NCBI GenBank assembly: GCA_964016885.1
Contig: OZ024747.1
Location: forward strand, 42,222,001-42,286,000
Direction of reading: 5' to 3'
Source of the DNA: Eledone cirrhosa
Taxonomy: Eukaryota
Length of the DNA stretch: 64,000 bases
In this document: positions 52,056-64,000 of the stretch, one piece after another
Numbering within the stretch: position 1 is the first letter of the stretch
How the letters are laid out: the number at the start of each line of letters is the position of its first letter
Position numbers and translations under genes: made by a program
Notes under the pieces: generated by a model
Seen by the model: only the letters and a program-made list of their open reading frames with translations
The model's database searches: none
Told to the model about the DNA's origin: nothing

Positions 52056-52597
52056 GGGCGTGGAAGCATTCTGAATTGGGGTGGGTGGGAGTTTGGTCAA
52101 TTTAGTTGTAGTGATTAGTTTACCTCTTTGCACTCTAAAATGGTCAGAAAAGTCAATTTGAGTTCAAGCAAGTTACATTTACAGCTTTCAATAATTATAA
52201 AGTGATTATAACAAAGTGACTTATGAAATCTGTCTCTGAATACATATATGAGCAATTAGCAAATAGTGATATGTGGAGAAAAAGTTATGACATTACCAAC
52301 AAATTTATTTACTATGAAGGTTAACATAATATATTATCAACATGTACATAAATTGTAGCGCATATACAAATAGATGTGTTTCGGTAGTTTGGGGAGAAAA
52401 ATATAATTATTGGGAGGGGTGGGGGAGATCTCTTACCCACTTTTGGGTGGGTGAGAGATGTCTTTTCTTGTGAAAATAGGTATAGCTTTTATTATGTAAA
52501 ATCTCCCCATTTTGCCTCACGACCCCCCCCCCCCCCCATTTTGGGGCACCCTTTTCATGGTACTCCCCCGTTTGGGTTTTTAGAGGTTGGCAGGTCT
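52053..52597. mobile_element. hAT-like MITE remnants
   Basis: Similarity to 10891-11129 and, on the minus strand, to 33399-33596. Confidence 0.6.
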
Positions 52598-52879
52598 CTT
52601 AACATCATACTCACACGTCGTTTTTCTTACTGATTAACGTGTGAGTAATGGGTTTGTATTTTTAATAATACAAACCTGATTAAAACATTGAGTGAGTAAA
52701 GAAACGGCCGAAGCAGTACCGATTCTCTTCGACTAGCTTCGTATATCTATATATATATAAACCGGTGACATCAATCATATATATCCATAGAAATGTGATC
52801 CACCGACGGAGATGACTGTACGATATATAGAACGTAAAGAGAATTTAATACTTCCCTTTGATTAGAAGGTCTCTTATTT

Positions 52880-53190
52880 CTGTAAACAATCATTAGATAA
52901 AAGTTCTCTTTTGACTAGAGTAAAGAAAAATAATGCAACCGCTCTTATGTTAAAAGTAATGACGATATCGCAAGGGACTATATGAAAACATGTAACAACA
53001 TGTATTGGACAATCAATGCATGTCTGTATACAGCGGCTATCACTTTGACAGAGCATATAGGAAATACCTGTTGTGCACGTGACAATGAAATAGCACAAGG
53101 TAAGCCCACCCACGAGGACAACAATCCTTTTCCAAAATATCAACAACTTGCTATGCAGAATCCAACATAGAGATTTATAATAATTAGAAA
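52880..53190 (+). mobile_element. R4-clade N-terminal fragment
   Basis: YWTINACLYTAAITLTEHIG resembles FWQINACLYALAMTVKHYLG at 23152-23415. Confidence 0.6.
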
Positions 53191-53759
53191 AATTTGTAAA
53201 AATATTAGTGAAACTTTATAAAATTATAAAATATATTTTAACAATTATAAAACCATTATATACTACATACTATATTTAAAGATCGATCCATGCCTTGTGA
53301 GTAGTATTGGGTAGACAGAAACTGTTTGGAAGCCCCCGTCGGATGGACCTGCAATTCAAAGGGCCTGTCATCGTGCGCCAGGATGAGAGGCCCTTATTAG
53401 AACAGCTCATCAAATATACAATGGTAGCCATAACTGTTTTCAAACTGGCAAAATTATAATTTAACATTATATTTTGAAATCTTTCTATAATAAATAACTG
53501 AACGTACTAAATTTGTAGGAAACATTTTAAACAACTCTTGTTATAACCAATTCCTAGTTTTAAACCCCCTCCCTCCCAAAAATAAATAGACACTTATAAA
53601 TTTATAATTTTGCATGTTTGAAAACCTTAAGCAAGCTTATACTAACTTTGGACTTGAAATTTTAACAGCCTGTCTAAATGCTCCTTGCTTTGAATCCTCT
53701 CTTTTTCTTGATATTTGTCTTATGATATTAATTTATTGTTATTTTATTATATATATATA

Positions 53760-53878
53760 TTTCCTGAAGAGATACGGTTGGGATAATGCACCTATAATGG
53801 AGTTAATTGTTAACTGATAATCTCCAGTTTCTCCACAAATGGATGCGATATTCTAGCCGCGTTGAAACGTTCGTAGAG
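53760..53878 (+). ncRNA. Hammerhead motif with extended stem II (Penelope pLTR-like)
   Basis: CUGAAGA GAUACGGUUGGGAUA...UAUUCUAGCCGCGUU GAAA CGUUC; 14 of 15 stem II positions pair (G-U allowed); stem I is weak. Confidence 0.55.
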
Positions 53879-54056
53879 ATTCGGAGAGATGTATAAATAA
53901 ATAATAATATACTATCCTTGGTTTTCTTAAAACTTTACTTTTAAATGCTGTGCTACCGGAACTGCCCATAATTCATCCATTTTGTTTTCACTCCTGAAGA
54001 GCAGATGACGGTAAAGTGCACGCACACACACACGCACACACACACACACACACACA

Positions 54057-54133
<77 letters not shown>

Positions 54134-54149
54134 TTTACCGTGTGTGTGT

Positions 54150-54997
54150 GTACGTGTTCGGCACTCAACTATTTTTGTCACTTTTCTGTCACTTTAATGT
54201 TAATTAATTATGCGGTTTTAACATAGACACAAACAACGAAATTGAAAATGTGAGAATCCCAAATTCAGAAAATAACTGTAATAAGGATTGATCACTATAA
54301 ATAATAGTTGAAAAAGGGATTATTCTCTGCGTTTGAGACTCACATTTTCAGATTTCATAGAGTTTATTTACAAGTGCTTTGAATATTCATATAGCTTATT
54401 GACAAGCAACAAATATATCTAAGACTATTTTAGCCAATGTGTCCCTTATTTTTTTAAATAGAGTACAGTGTAATTTAGTGGAGATTCGAGCCACTGCGTT
54501 GAAGAGTGGTGGGGATACCCTTGCCAGAGGATTAAATTTCGCGTCGCCGGCATTTAGATTTGAAACTGCTCACTAATGAAATCTCTGCTGGAGGCGTAGG
54601 GCGCCTTCGTGTTATACGGCATGACTTTGGCATTTTTTAACTTGGTGGAGCTCATTTGTCTTTAAATCTGAACACAGCCGATTTCTTCCAGAAAGAGAGG
54701 GGGACAGCGAGAGAGAGAGAGAGAGAGAGAGAGGGGGAGAGAAAGATATATATATATCTATACAGTATATATATATATATATAAACTCTATGAATATTCA
54801 AAGCGCTTGTAGTCTCAAACACAGAGAATAATCCCTTTTTCCGTCTCTAAGGATAATTTACTCAATTTTCTCAACTATTTATTACAGTTATTTTCTGAAT
54901 TTGGGATTCTCACATTTTCAACTTGGTTGCTTTGCATAATTAATTAACATTAAAGTGACAGTAGAGTGAAAAAAATAGTTGAGTGCCGAACACGTAC
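54150..54997. repeat. Two inverted diverged copies of a ~230-bp element
   Basis: 54150-54392 matches the reverse complement of 54781-54997 with indels. Confidence 0.75.
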
Positions 54998-55606
54998 AGA
55001 GAGAGAGAGAGAGAGGGGGGGGGGGGGGAGAGATAGATAGATAAGAGAGAGAGAGAGAGAGATGGAGTACAGAGAGATGGAACATTGAGGAAGCAAGAGA
55101 AGGGAAGTAAGGAAGAAAAATTAAGGAAGAATGGATTCCAGAAAGATTGGAAGGCTAAGTTGACCTCGATGGGATTTGAACTCAGAACGCTGACTGGAAC
55201 AAATATAGCAAAACATTCTATCCGATGTTCTAACGACTCAGCCAATACTCCCCCCCCCCCATAAACGAAGTCTCTACCCCCCCCCCCCCCAAAAAAAAAA
55301 TGAAAGGCCTTAACAACAAAACAACAATTTATTGAAAGTTACATAACTATGAATTTGTAAAATTTTAAAGATGCATTTCTTCTTTTTCTAACTTAGATGC
55401 GCCCTCAGTTTCTTAGGTACTTGGAATTCGTACCTTGGAATATTTTCTAAATTGAGTGACGTCTATTTTTGTGGGTTTATTACTGCCTGACCTCTGAGAG
55501 CCTTCAGTCAGTGTCAGATGCCATAGTGGAGCCAATGTGTTCTGGGTATTTAAATCTGACAGTGTTCATCTCTCTCTAGCGTCTTACTGCAACCGGTAAT
55601 GAAGAT

Positions 55607-55783
55607 AATTGTTTCTACTTTTGGCACAAGGCCAGCAATTATCCCAGTGTATTACTGGTACTTTATTTTATCGGCCCCGTAAGGATGAAAGGCAAAGTTA
55701 ACCTCGGTGGTGTTTGAACTCAGACCATGAAGGACCGTAACTCTCTGCTGCAAAGCATGGCGTCCGACCCTCTACCGATACTG
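55607..55783 (-). mobile_element. SINE with TSD-like taatgaagataa
   Basis: Reverse complement of the consensus; flanking duplication. Confidence 0.85.
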
Positions 55784-56659
55784 GAAATAATGAAGATAAC
55801 AGAAAAGCTCTAGGGAGAGCGTGGAATAGATGGAATGAATCTCAGTCGGTCTCGACGACTAATCTTCCAGTTGTTCAATCAATGGAACAGTTTCTTCGTG
55901 AAGTTAACGTGCAAGTGGCTGAGCATTTAACAGACACATGAACCTTTAACGTAATTCTCAGGGAGATTCAGATAGACGCAGGTATAGTCAATCCAACGGG
56001 TTTCTAAACAGTTTCCGTCAATCCATTTTCCCTAACAAGTGGATATTGTAAATAACATTTGCCCAAGTTGCAATCCAGTACGATGGAACCCAGAACCTAG
56101 AGCCGATGAGAGGGGAGTCCAGCCGGTACTTTGTTCCGGGGTCCAAGAGCTAAGAAGGCCCCACAACAACCATGCAACATCCATTTTGAGAAAAATATTT
56201 GTCTGCTTCGGGCCCCAAAGGGGTCTCGTACCGCCTGGCAAGATTTCTCTGGGAGGCCCTGCCAGAACCTAATGACTGCGAAGCAAACTTCTCAACCCTT
56301 CGGCAATGCAGCGTACACTGGTGAGAGTGTAATCAATTTTGTCCATCCAATATTCGATTGCTAAGGCGAAGAGGACGTCCAAAGATGAACTGGCGACAGA
56401 CAATCGATAGGGATATGAAACACGTCAACAAAAATTCGAACAATGTATTGATAGATGCAACTAACCGAGGTGATTGAGCACTTTGGCAGCCTCATATGTC
56501 TCAAGACTCAAGAGCTTCTTTGTCTAAGTCTCAGAAAAGAGAAAAGGCTAAATGGGTGTTGCTGCTGAGATTTGAATTCACGTGTATGAAGCTAAATATT
56601 GCAAGGTATTTAACAAGGCAATCTACCATTACTGCCACACCACTTAGTTTAGTAATAAT

Positions 56660-57795
56660 TTATTTCTACATTTGGCACAAAGGCAACAATTTGAAGGGAA
56701 GGAAAAAGTCGATGAAATCGACCCCTGTGTGTTATTGGTACTTTATTTTATCGACCTTGTAAGGACGAAAGGCAAAGCTAACCTTGGCGTGATTTGAATT
56801 CATAATGTAAAGAGCCGAAACAAAGTCGCAAAACCTTTTGTCCAGCACTCTAACGATTGAACTAATCCACCGCCCTAAATGATTTCTAATTTAGGCACAA
56901 GACCAGGAATTTGTGGGGAGGGGAAAGCCAATTTACTGACTCCATTACTTAACTGGTACTTTATTTTATCGGCCTCGGAATGGTAAAAAGCAAAGGTAAC
57001 CACGACTGGATTTGAACCTAGAACGTAGACATTCACAACTAAATACCGCAAAGCATTTTGCCCGATGCTCTAATGATACAGACAATTCGTTGGCCGGCTT
57101 ATAGTAATTATATTAGTAAATATTGATTGGAATTGTCAGTAATCGTCTATGATTAAATTTAATAACTCTGTACGGCGAATCATATGTTGAGTGATAAGGT
57201 AACACTAGCGATACTGATTGGTCAGAACTAGTCACACGTGTAAACAAATTAAGCTGCTCGGCATGGGGTCCATTGTTTCTACTTTGCTTGCTGGCTGCAC
57301 TTCAACTACGCCTTCTTTCCCCGCCTAACCTTATATCATAGTTTACGAAACAAAAGCGGCCTCTCTCAGACAGCTTACGTTTCCTACGTGAAAAGCAAGA
57401 CAGACAGTTCCGAACTAGATATTAGCAGCCTAGAATCATTATACACTGTTTGGAACGTGTCTTGTAATAATAATTGTTTCTACTTATGGCACAAGGCCAG
57501 CAATTACTCCAGTGCATTACTGGTACTTTATTTTTATCGACCCCGTAAGGATGAAAGGCAAAGTTAACCTCGACGGGATTTGAACTCAGACTGTAAAGGG
57601 AAATAACTATGCTGGAAAGCATGGCGTCCGACCCTCTACTGATGCTGCCAATCCACCGTCATAATTGTTTCTACTTTTGGTACAAGGCCAGCAATTACCC
57701 CAGTGCATTACTGGTACTTTATTTTATCGACCCCGTAAGGATGAAAGGCAAAGTTGACCTCGGCAGGATTTGAACTCAGAATGGAAAGGGCCGTG
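56660..57795 (-). mobile_element. SINE cluster (about 4 copies) with a unique spacer at 57100-57465
   Basis: Bodies at 56660-56875, 56880-57090, 57470-57658 and 57662-57795. Confidence 0.8.
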
Positions 57796-57859
57796 CAGAT
57801 TCTACTCATTTAACAGGGACCGGAACCTTGTTCTTTCGTTCAATCAACAGTCCCTCGTC

Positions 57860-58047
57860 TTTCTCTGCCTCTTCCCTATCTTTCCTTTTCTCTCTCTTCT
57901 TCCTTTTTTTCTCTATTTCCATCTCTTCTCTCTTTCCTTCACTCGCACTCACTTCTTATCTCACTCTCCCCTTTTCTCTCTCTCTCACTTTATCACTCCC
58001 TTCTCTCTCTCTCATTCCCGTCTCTCTCTCTCGCATAATCACACCCT

Positions 58048-58111
<64 letters not shown>

Positions 58112-59061
58112 TTTCCTCATTCCTTCTCTCTCTCACTTGATCACTTCCTTCTCTCTCTCTCATTCCCGTCTCTCTCTCTCGCATAAGCACACCCTTGTCT
58201 CTCTCTTTCTCCCTTCCTTTCTTCATTCCTTCTCTCTCTCACTTTATCACTCCCCCTCTCACTCTTTCCCGTCTCTCACTCTCGCATAATCACACCCTTC
58301 TCTCTCTCTCTCTCTTTCTCCCTTCCTTTCCTCATTCCTTCTCTCTCTCATTTTATCACTCCCTTCTCTCACTCATTTCCGTCTCTCACTCTCCCACACA
58401 CATAATTACTCCCTCCCTCCCTCTCTCTCGCTTCCCCTCCATCTTATTTTGTTTGACTCTTTTACTTTATACCGCTCTATCTATTACCCTCACGTGACAA
58501 GTTACACCTGTCAGCGGGGGAAACTTATACTTAGAACAGTGTCACTGTCACCTACACATACACACATACACACATACGCACACATACACACACACGCACA
58601 CGCACAAACACACGCACACACACACACACAGACACACACATACAGACGGACGCATATGCAATGTACACATGGTCACACAAATACACATACATACATAACT
58701 GCAGCATATTTAGCCACATGCATTCATATATGATTTCATTGGTTGAGACAATAGAAAGACGTTAAAACCAACCACACACACACACACACACACACGCACA
58801 TACACACACACACACACATATGCGCACATACATATATAAACACAATTATACATAACGGAGCCTGAAACCAATATTTGGATGCTTATTTTCTAAATCAGGT
58901 AAGCTGCCTATATTTATATATTTGTCTGCATCGCCGTCTACCTGCCCCCCCCCTCTCTCTCCCTCTCTCTCTCTCTCTTAATATACACACAAACACACAT
59001 GCATACACACACACACACACACATATATATATAATGTATATACATATATATGTACAAACCA

Positions 59062-59094
<33 letters not shown>

Positions 59095-59105
59095 TATACA
59101 CAAAT

Positions 59106-59165
<60 letters not shown>
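57860..59165. repeat. CT-, CA- and TA-rich simple repeats
   Basis: Direct reading. Confidence 0.9.
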
Positions 59166-59169
<4 letters not shown>

Positions 59170-59363
59170 TAAAATAACAGATTAAAGTTTAAGCAAAGAA
59201 TTGCTGCTTTCACCCTTAATGAGATCTTCTGAAACTTTAATCTTGCTTAAACTTTAATCTGTTATTTTAATAAATATTTGCTCTAGGGTTCTTATATATT
59301 TGATATATATTTATCCTTATTGAGCCCTCTTTGGATTTTAGTCTTCAAATTTATTATTATTAT

Positions 59364-59411
<48 letters not shown>

Positions 59412-59493
59412 ATATATATATGTATATATAAAAAGAAAATTTCGCTCTACATGGCTGAATACAATAAATGTAATCTGAGTTTTTCGAATATTA

Positions 59494-60317
59494 ATAATTG
59501 TTTCTATTTTTGGCACAAGGCCAGCAATTATCACAGTGTATTACTGGTACTTTATTTTATCGACCCCGTAAGGATGAAAGGCAAAGTTAACCTCGGCGGG
59601 ATTTGAACTCAGTCCGTAAAGGGACGTAACAGTGCTTATTAATAATAATTGCTTCTACTTTTTGGCACAAGGCCAGCAATTATTCCAGTGTATTACTGGT
59701 ACTTTATTTTATCGACCCCGTAAGGATGAAAGGCAAAGTTAACCTCGGCGGGATTTGAACTCAGTCCGTAAAGGGACGTAACAGTGCTTATTAATAATAA
59801 TTGCTTCTACTTTTTGGCACAAGGCCAGCAATTATTCCAGTGTATTACTGGTACTTTATTTTATCGACCCCGTAAGGATGAAAGGCAAAGTTAACCTCGG
59901 CAAGATTTGATCTCAGTCAGTAAAGGGACGTAACTGTGCTACAAAGCATGGCGTCCGACCCTCTACCGATACTGCCAATCCACATTGGCTTCTTATATAG
60001 GCACAAGGCCAGTGATTTTGGGGGAGGGGAAAGTCGATTAAATCGACCCCAGTGCGTGACTGGTACTTTATTTTATCGACCCCATGAGGATGAAAGGCAA
60101 AGTTAACCTCGGCGGGATTTGAACTCAGTCCGTAAAGGGACGTAACTGTGCTTATTAATAATAATTGTTTCTACTTTTGGCACAAGGCCAGCAATTATCC
60201 CAGTATAATAATATTAATAATTGTTTCTACTTTTGGCACAAGGCCAGCAATTACCCAGTGCATTACTGGTACTTTATTTTATCGACCCCGTAAGGATGAA
60301 AGGCAAAGTTAACCTCT
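59494..60317 (-). mobile_element. Tandem SINE array (about 6 units or fragments)
   Basis: Repeated reverse-complement SINE bodies about 150 bp apart. Confidence 0.85.
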
Positions 60318-60500
60318 TATTAATAATAACATTCGATTCGTTTGCAATTTTGCAAACAAGCCTCAATTTTATAGCCATGTCAGTAGAATGAACACTTCAG
60401 CCAACACAAGAGCAAGAATGAAGTGTTCATTCTACTGACATGGCTATAAAATTGAGGCTTGTTTGCAAAATTGCAAACGAATCGAATGTTATTATTAATA
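60318..60500. repeat. Perfect 82-bp inverted repeat with 19-nt loop
   Basis: 60318-60399 is the reverse complement of 60419-60500. Confidence 0.92.
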
Positions 60501-61028
60501 TTCGAAAAACTCTATATTCTACCACTATATATATATATAGTGGTAGAACATTGGAAGGTAATACCCGCAGTAGTAAAGCACTCAGTCCGTGGGACGAGTT
60601 AGGTAGAAGTGGTTACGCAACAGTTAGTTCACCATACCGAGAACAATTGTTCTCGGCATGGTGAACTAACTGTTGTGTAACCACATCTATATATATATAT
60701 TAAAATAACAGATTAAAGTTTAAGCAAAGAATCGCTGCTTTCACCCTTAACGGGATCTTCTGAATATATATATGTATGTATATATATATATATATACATT
60801 TATATATATATATTTATGTGTGCGAGCTCTTGAAGACGCCACTATTTCAAGTTTCAACTTCGTTATTAGAACGTTCTCGTATTCTCTAAGTACTGAAAGT
60901 TCCTAAGTCGATAATTTTGTCAACGTTTCCAGCCCTTCGTGGTCACATCACGAGGAGCGTTGTTGGCATATTTTCTTTATTGCTTTTTTTTTATGTTATA
61001 GGCAAATGTATTTTAGGAATAGCGTGAA

Positions 61029-61535
61029 TCTTCTTCTTCTTCTTCTTCTTCTTCTTCTTCTTCTTCTTCTTCTTCTTCTTCGTTCTTCTTCTTCTTCTTC
61101 TTTTTCTTTTTCTTTTTCTTCTTCTTCTTCTTCTTCTTCTTCTTCTTCTTCTTCTTCTTTTTCTTCTTCTTCTTTTTCTTCTTCTTCTTCTTCTTCTTCT
61201 TCTTCTTCTTCTTCTTCTTCTTCTTCTTCTTCTTCTTCTTCTTCTTCTTCTTCTTCTTCTCACACTTATTTCTAAGAGAGTCGTGCGGGGCAGTCTTCAA
61301 ACGCTCCTTCCAGCGTGACTAGCCAAGCTCATATATGTTATCCAACTATCTTGCTCGGAGACTACCCCTGGGTCTCTTGCCGGTTCGTTTTGCCCGTATA
61401 ATCTGTCCAGGGATTCTTTCCTGAGACATTCTAACTACATGCCCATAGTATCGGAGCTGTGATTTCTCAATTCGGACAAGTAGCGGCTCTGCCTGGAGTG
61501 ACTCTCTCATCTCCGAGTTACGTACTTTATCGATC
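61029..61535 (-). mobile_element. RTE LINE 3' fragment with (GAA)n tail
   Basis: IEKSQLRYYGHVVRMSQERIP...GKRPRG; (TTC)n at 61029-61260 abuts its 3' end. Confidence 0.8.
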
Positions 61536-61940
61536 AATATTTAAGGTTCAAATTCCGCTACTGTTCATCAAATTTGGCAGGTCAGAGGAATAGCAGTTTA
61601 TGTCCTCACTAATCTGTTAGGTCACACTGTTTGCACAGATTCCCTTGAATCTCTGTTACCATCCAATTCTATTTTTCATCATATTAGGTGGGTCAGAGGG
61701 ATTGCAGTTCATGTCGTCACAAATCAGCTTGATATTATTTATTAGCTTGTCGTCCTCTGCTAGCTCTTCTTTGTGTAGGCTCCCACAAAACAACTTAATT
61801 AACAATTTCATTTTTAGCTCCCAATAGAATGATGTTGAAATAATAAGGACTGCTTGTAACTTCATAAGACACATTTCCTTATAATAAAATATTCTGAAAA
61901 AAAAACCTACTAATGGCACTCGTAATGATGTTACTGTGAG

Positions 61941-62135
61941 CAGACTTGCCAACCTCTAAAAACCCAAACTGGGAGTACCATGAAAAAGACTGCTCCAAAA
62001 CGGGGAGAAATGAGACGAAATGGGGAGATTTTATATAATGAAAGCTACACCCATTTTCACAAAATAAGACATCTCTCACCCACCCCAAAGTGGGCTGGAG
62101 ATCTCCTCGTCGGACGGGGAGAGTTGACAGGTCTG
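61941..62135. mobile_element. hAT-like MITE
   Basis: TIR cagacttgccaac / gttgacaggtctg; flanks ctgtgag and ctgcgag. Confidence 0.8.
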
Positions 62136-62355
62136 CTGCGAGGGTCTGGAAATGTTGACAGAATTATGGGCTTAGAAACTTTGTTGTTCCAAACAGACAG
62201 TAACGGACTTATTAGAAAATACGAGAAAGTTATAAGGAAATTGAAATTATAAATAGGCTTCAACTGAATATGTATATGTATACAGAGCCATCTTAACAGC
62301 ATTATAGGCCCCCGGGAAAAGCAGAGCACTGGGGCCCCTACCTACACAACCACTC

Positions 62356-62395
<40 letters not shown>

Positions 62396-62436
62396 TGTGT
62401 GTGTGTGTGTGCATTACATATATTTTCGTATACAGA

Positions 62437-62595
62437 CAGGGCCGTCTTAACGCATGGGCACGCTGGGCAGTTGCCCGGGGGCCCCACGAGGATAGGGGAC
62501 CCATTTGTATTTTTATTCCTGTGAGTGGTTGTGTAGGTAGGGGCCCCAGTGCCCTGCTTTGCCCGGGGGTCTATAATGCTGTTACGACGGCCCTG
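62437..62595. mobile_element. hAT-like MITE, with an inverted half-copy at 62283-62357
   Basis: TIR cagggccgtc / gacggccctg; near-TSD tatacaga and tacacaga. Confidence 0.8.
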
Positions 62596-63499
62596 TACAC
62601 AGATATATATCTTTACACAGACACACACGTGTGTGTTTGGGTGGGGACGTATGTGTGTGTGTACATTACATATATTTCCCTATACAGATATATATCCATA
62701 CACAGGCACACACGCGTGTGTTTGTGTGTGTATATCTATATATATAAAACAGAGGATGTCTGTCTGTGTCTGTGTGTGTCTGTGAGTTCGAATCCCTAAA
62801 ACTCCAGAAGTACCCAACCGATTTTTTTTTCCAAACTTTACATGTGTATTTTATTGTTTCGTCGAGACCTCGTCAGGTATACTCGGACCCCGTACTACCG
62901 AGCTCCTCAGCAAGAACGGAACGTCGCAGCCCCACCAGGTGGGTGGCTGTTACAGCGGGTGTCGCTGGCCATTGTCCACGGAAATACTTTTGCGGTCTTG
63001 TCCGCGGGGCGTAGCCCCAACACTGCTGCGCCCTAGGCCCAGACACCATCACCCTCTCCCTTCCCCCTCCCATTCTTCTGTGACTCTAGAGCCCTTGCCT
63101 TTCCCTTCTTTTTCTGTTTTTTTTCAGTAGAATGTGACATGCAGGCTCAGGCAACGAAACTGTCGTCAACCCAGCTATAGATTAAGTTGTGTCTTCTTAG
63201 CCAGTCCGCCTGGCATTGTCCTCTTTCGCCAGTTCCACTATTGAGATCATAAGTCTTCATTGGCTTGTTCTGCCATTGGGGACTTTTGCTATATTTTATC
63301 TAGGTATGCCCTCGGGACGGTCTTGCTATTAAATCAAGGCTCTTTTCGGCCAAGACTGATTGCCTAGGTATGTGGGTATGTGTCTGAGGAGAAGTTATAT
63401 ATTGCGCACCACTCAGTTAAATTTACTATATCTACACATTCTTTAAATCGTTTCTATCTCTTTAAAATATTGTCTTTAAATCCTGGAAAACGAGATCCC

Positions 63500-64000
63500 C
63501 AGTATTGGAATAAATGCAGTCAAAATGGCAAGAAATTTCTCAATCGCCCTATTATTATGACAATCGGTACTTGGAGTATAAGAACTTTATCCGATCTAAA
63601 AGAAAATGACAATCGACCTGAAAGAAGAACAGCCTTCATGACTCAAGAACTGGCTTGACCCAACATCGATGTTACTGCATTGAGAAGACAAAATTGAAGA
63701 ATCTGGTTCAGGTTACACCTTTTTCGGAAAGGAAAGGGAGTAGTAGAACTTTGTCTCAAAGTTTGCTTTTCTGTGAAGACAAGGGTGGTGAAGGACTATC
63801 AACTCGCCCCCAACAACCATCAATGAAAAATTCATGATTTCGTGTCCCACTTTCTGCATACAGCTTCACCGCGTCCATTTCTTCCTAGGCACATATAAAG
63901 ACCTTAAGAACATTCTCTCCAAAGTACCGTCTAAATACAAACTCCTCTTGCTCGACCATTTCAATGCTAGAGTCGGAAAGAACTCCCTCTCGTGGCAGAA
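63500..64000 (+). mobile_element. Degenerate RTE LINE 5' coding region (APE domain), runs off the window
   Basis: MTIGTWSIRTLSD...RPERRTAFMTQELA, SGYT, and a LLLDHFNARVG-like (GDFNARVG) motif near 63945-63976. Confidence 0.8.

Noticed and set aside
59494-60317. Regularly spaced repeats resembling a CRISPR or ncRNA array
   Set aside because: The units are tandem SINE fragments with identical linkers.
60725-60765. Minus-strand CAGAAGA-CCC/GGG-GAAA hammerhead-like motif (also 59196-59233)
   Set aside because: U4 is replaced, and there is no U16.1 or stem I in either copy.
60915-60958. Minus-strand gtgatgtga...gaaacgttga motif
   Set aside because: Too many core mismatches and a weak stem II.

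Overview
Repeat-dominated, AT-rich eukaryotic (animal) DNA. The abundant tRNA-derived SINE and the microsatellite load resemble cephalopod (octopus) genomes; this assignment is inference. Only one host-gene piece is recognisable: a terminal exon of an MFS/SLC16-like transporter (8593-8720). The rest is mobile DNA: three large and two small R4/Dong-clade (RLE) non-LTR retrotransposon copies, RTE LINEs with partner non-autonomous elements, a near full-length Tx1-clade LINE, Penelope-like remnants, two mariner deletion derivatives, pogo/hAT MITEs, two Helitron-like elements, about 25 SINE copies, satellites and many foldbacks. Most ORFs in the supplied track are microsatellite or antisense artefacts. 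The main unexplained signals are: (1) several hammerhead-ribozyme motifs in short non-coding insertions sitting in (TA)n tracts, including an apparently intact tandem pair 484 nt apart (retrozyme-like) and a family with a variant 3/8 core position; (2) R4-clade elements inserted repeatedly, in one register, into (ATGT)n tracts, the same repeat that forms the tails of RTE elements; (3) an in-frame 39-nt GT-AG intron-like spacer between Tx1 ORF1 and ORF2. Structures and alignments were read by eye, not computed.
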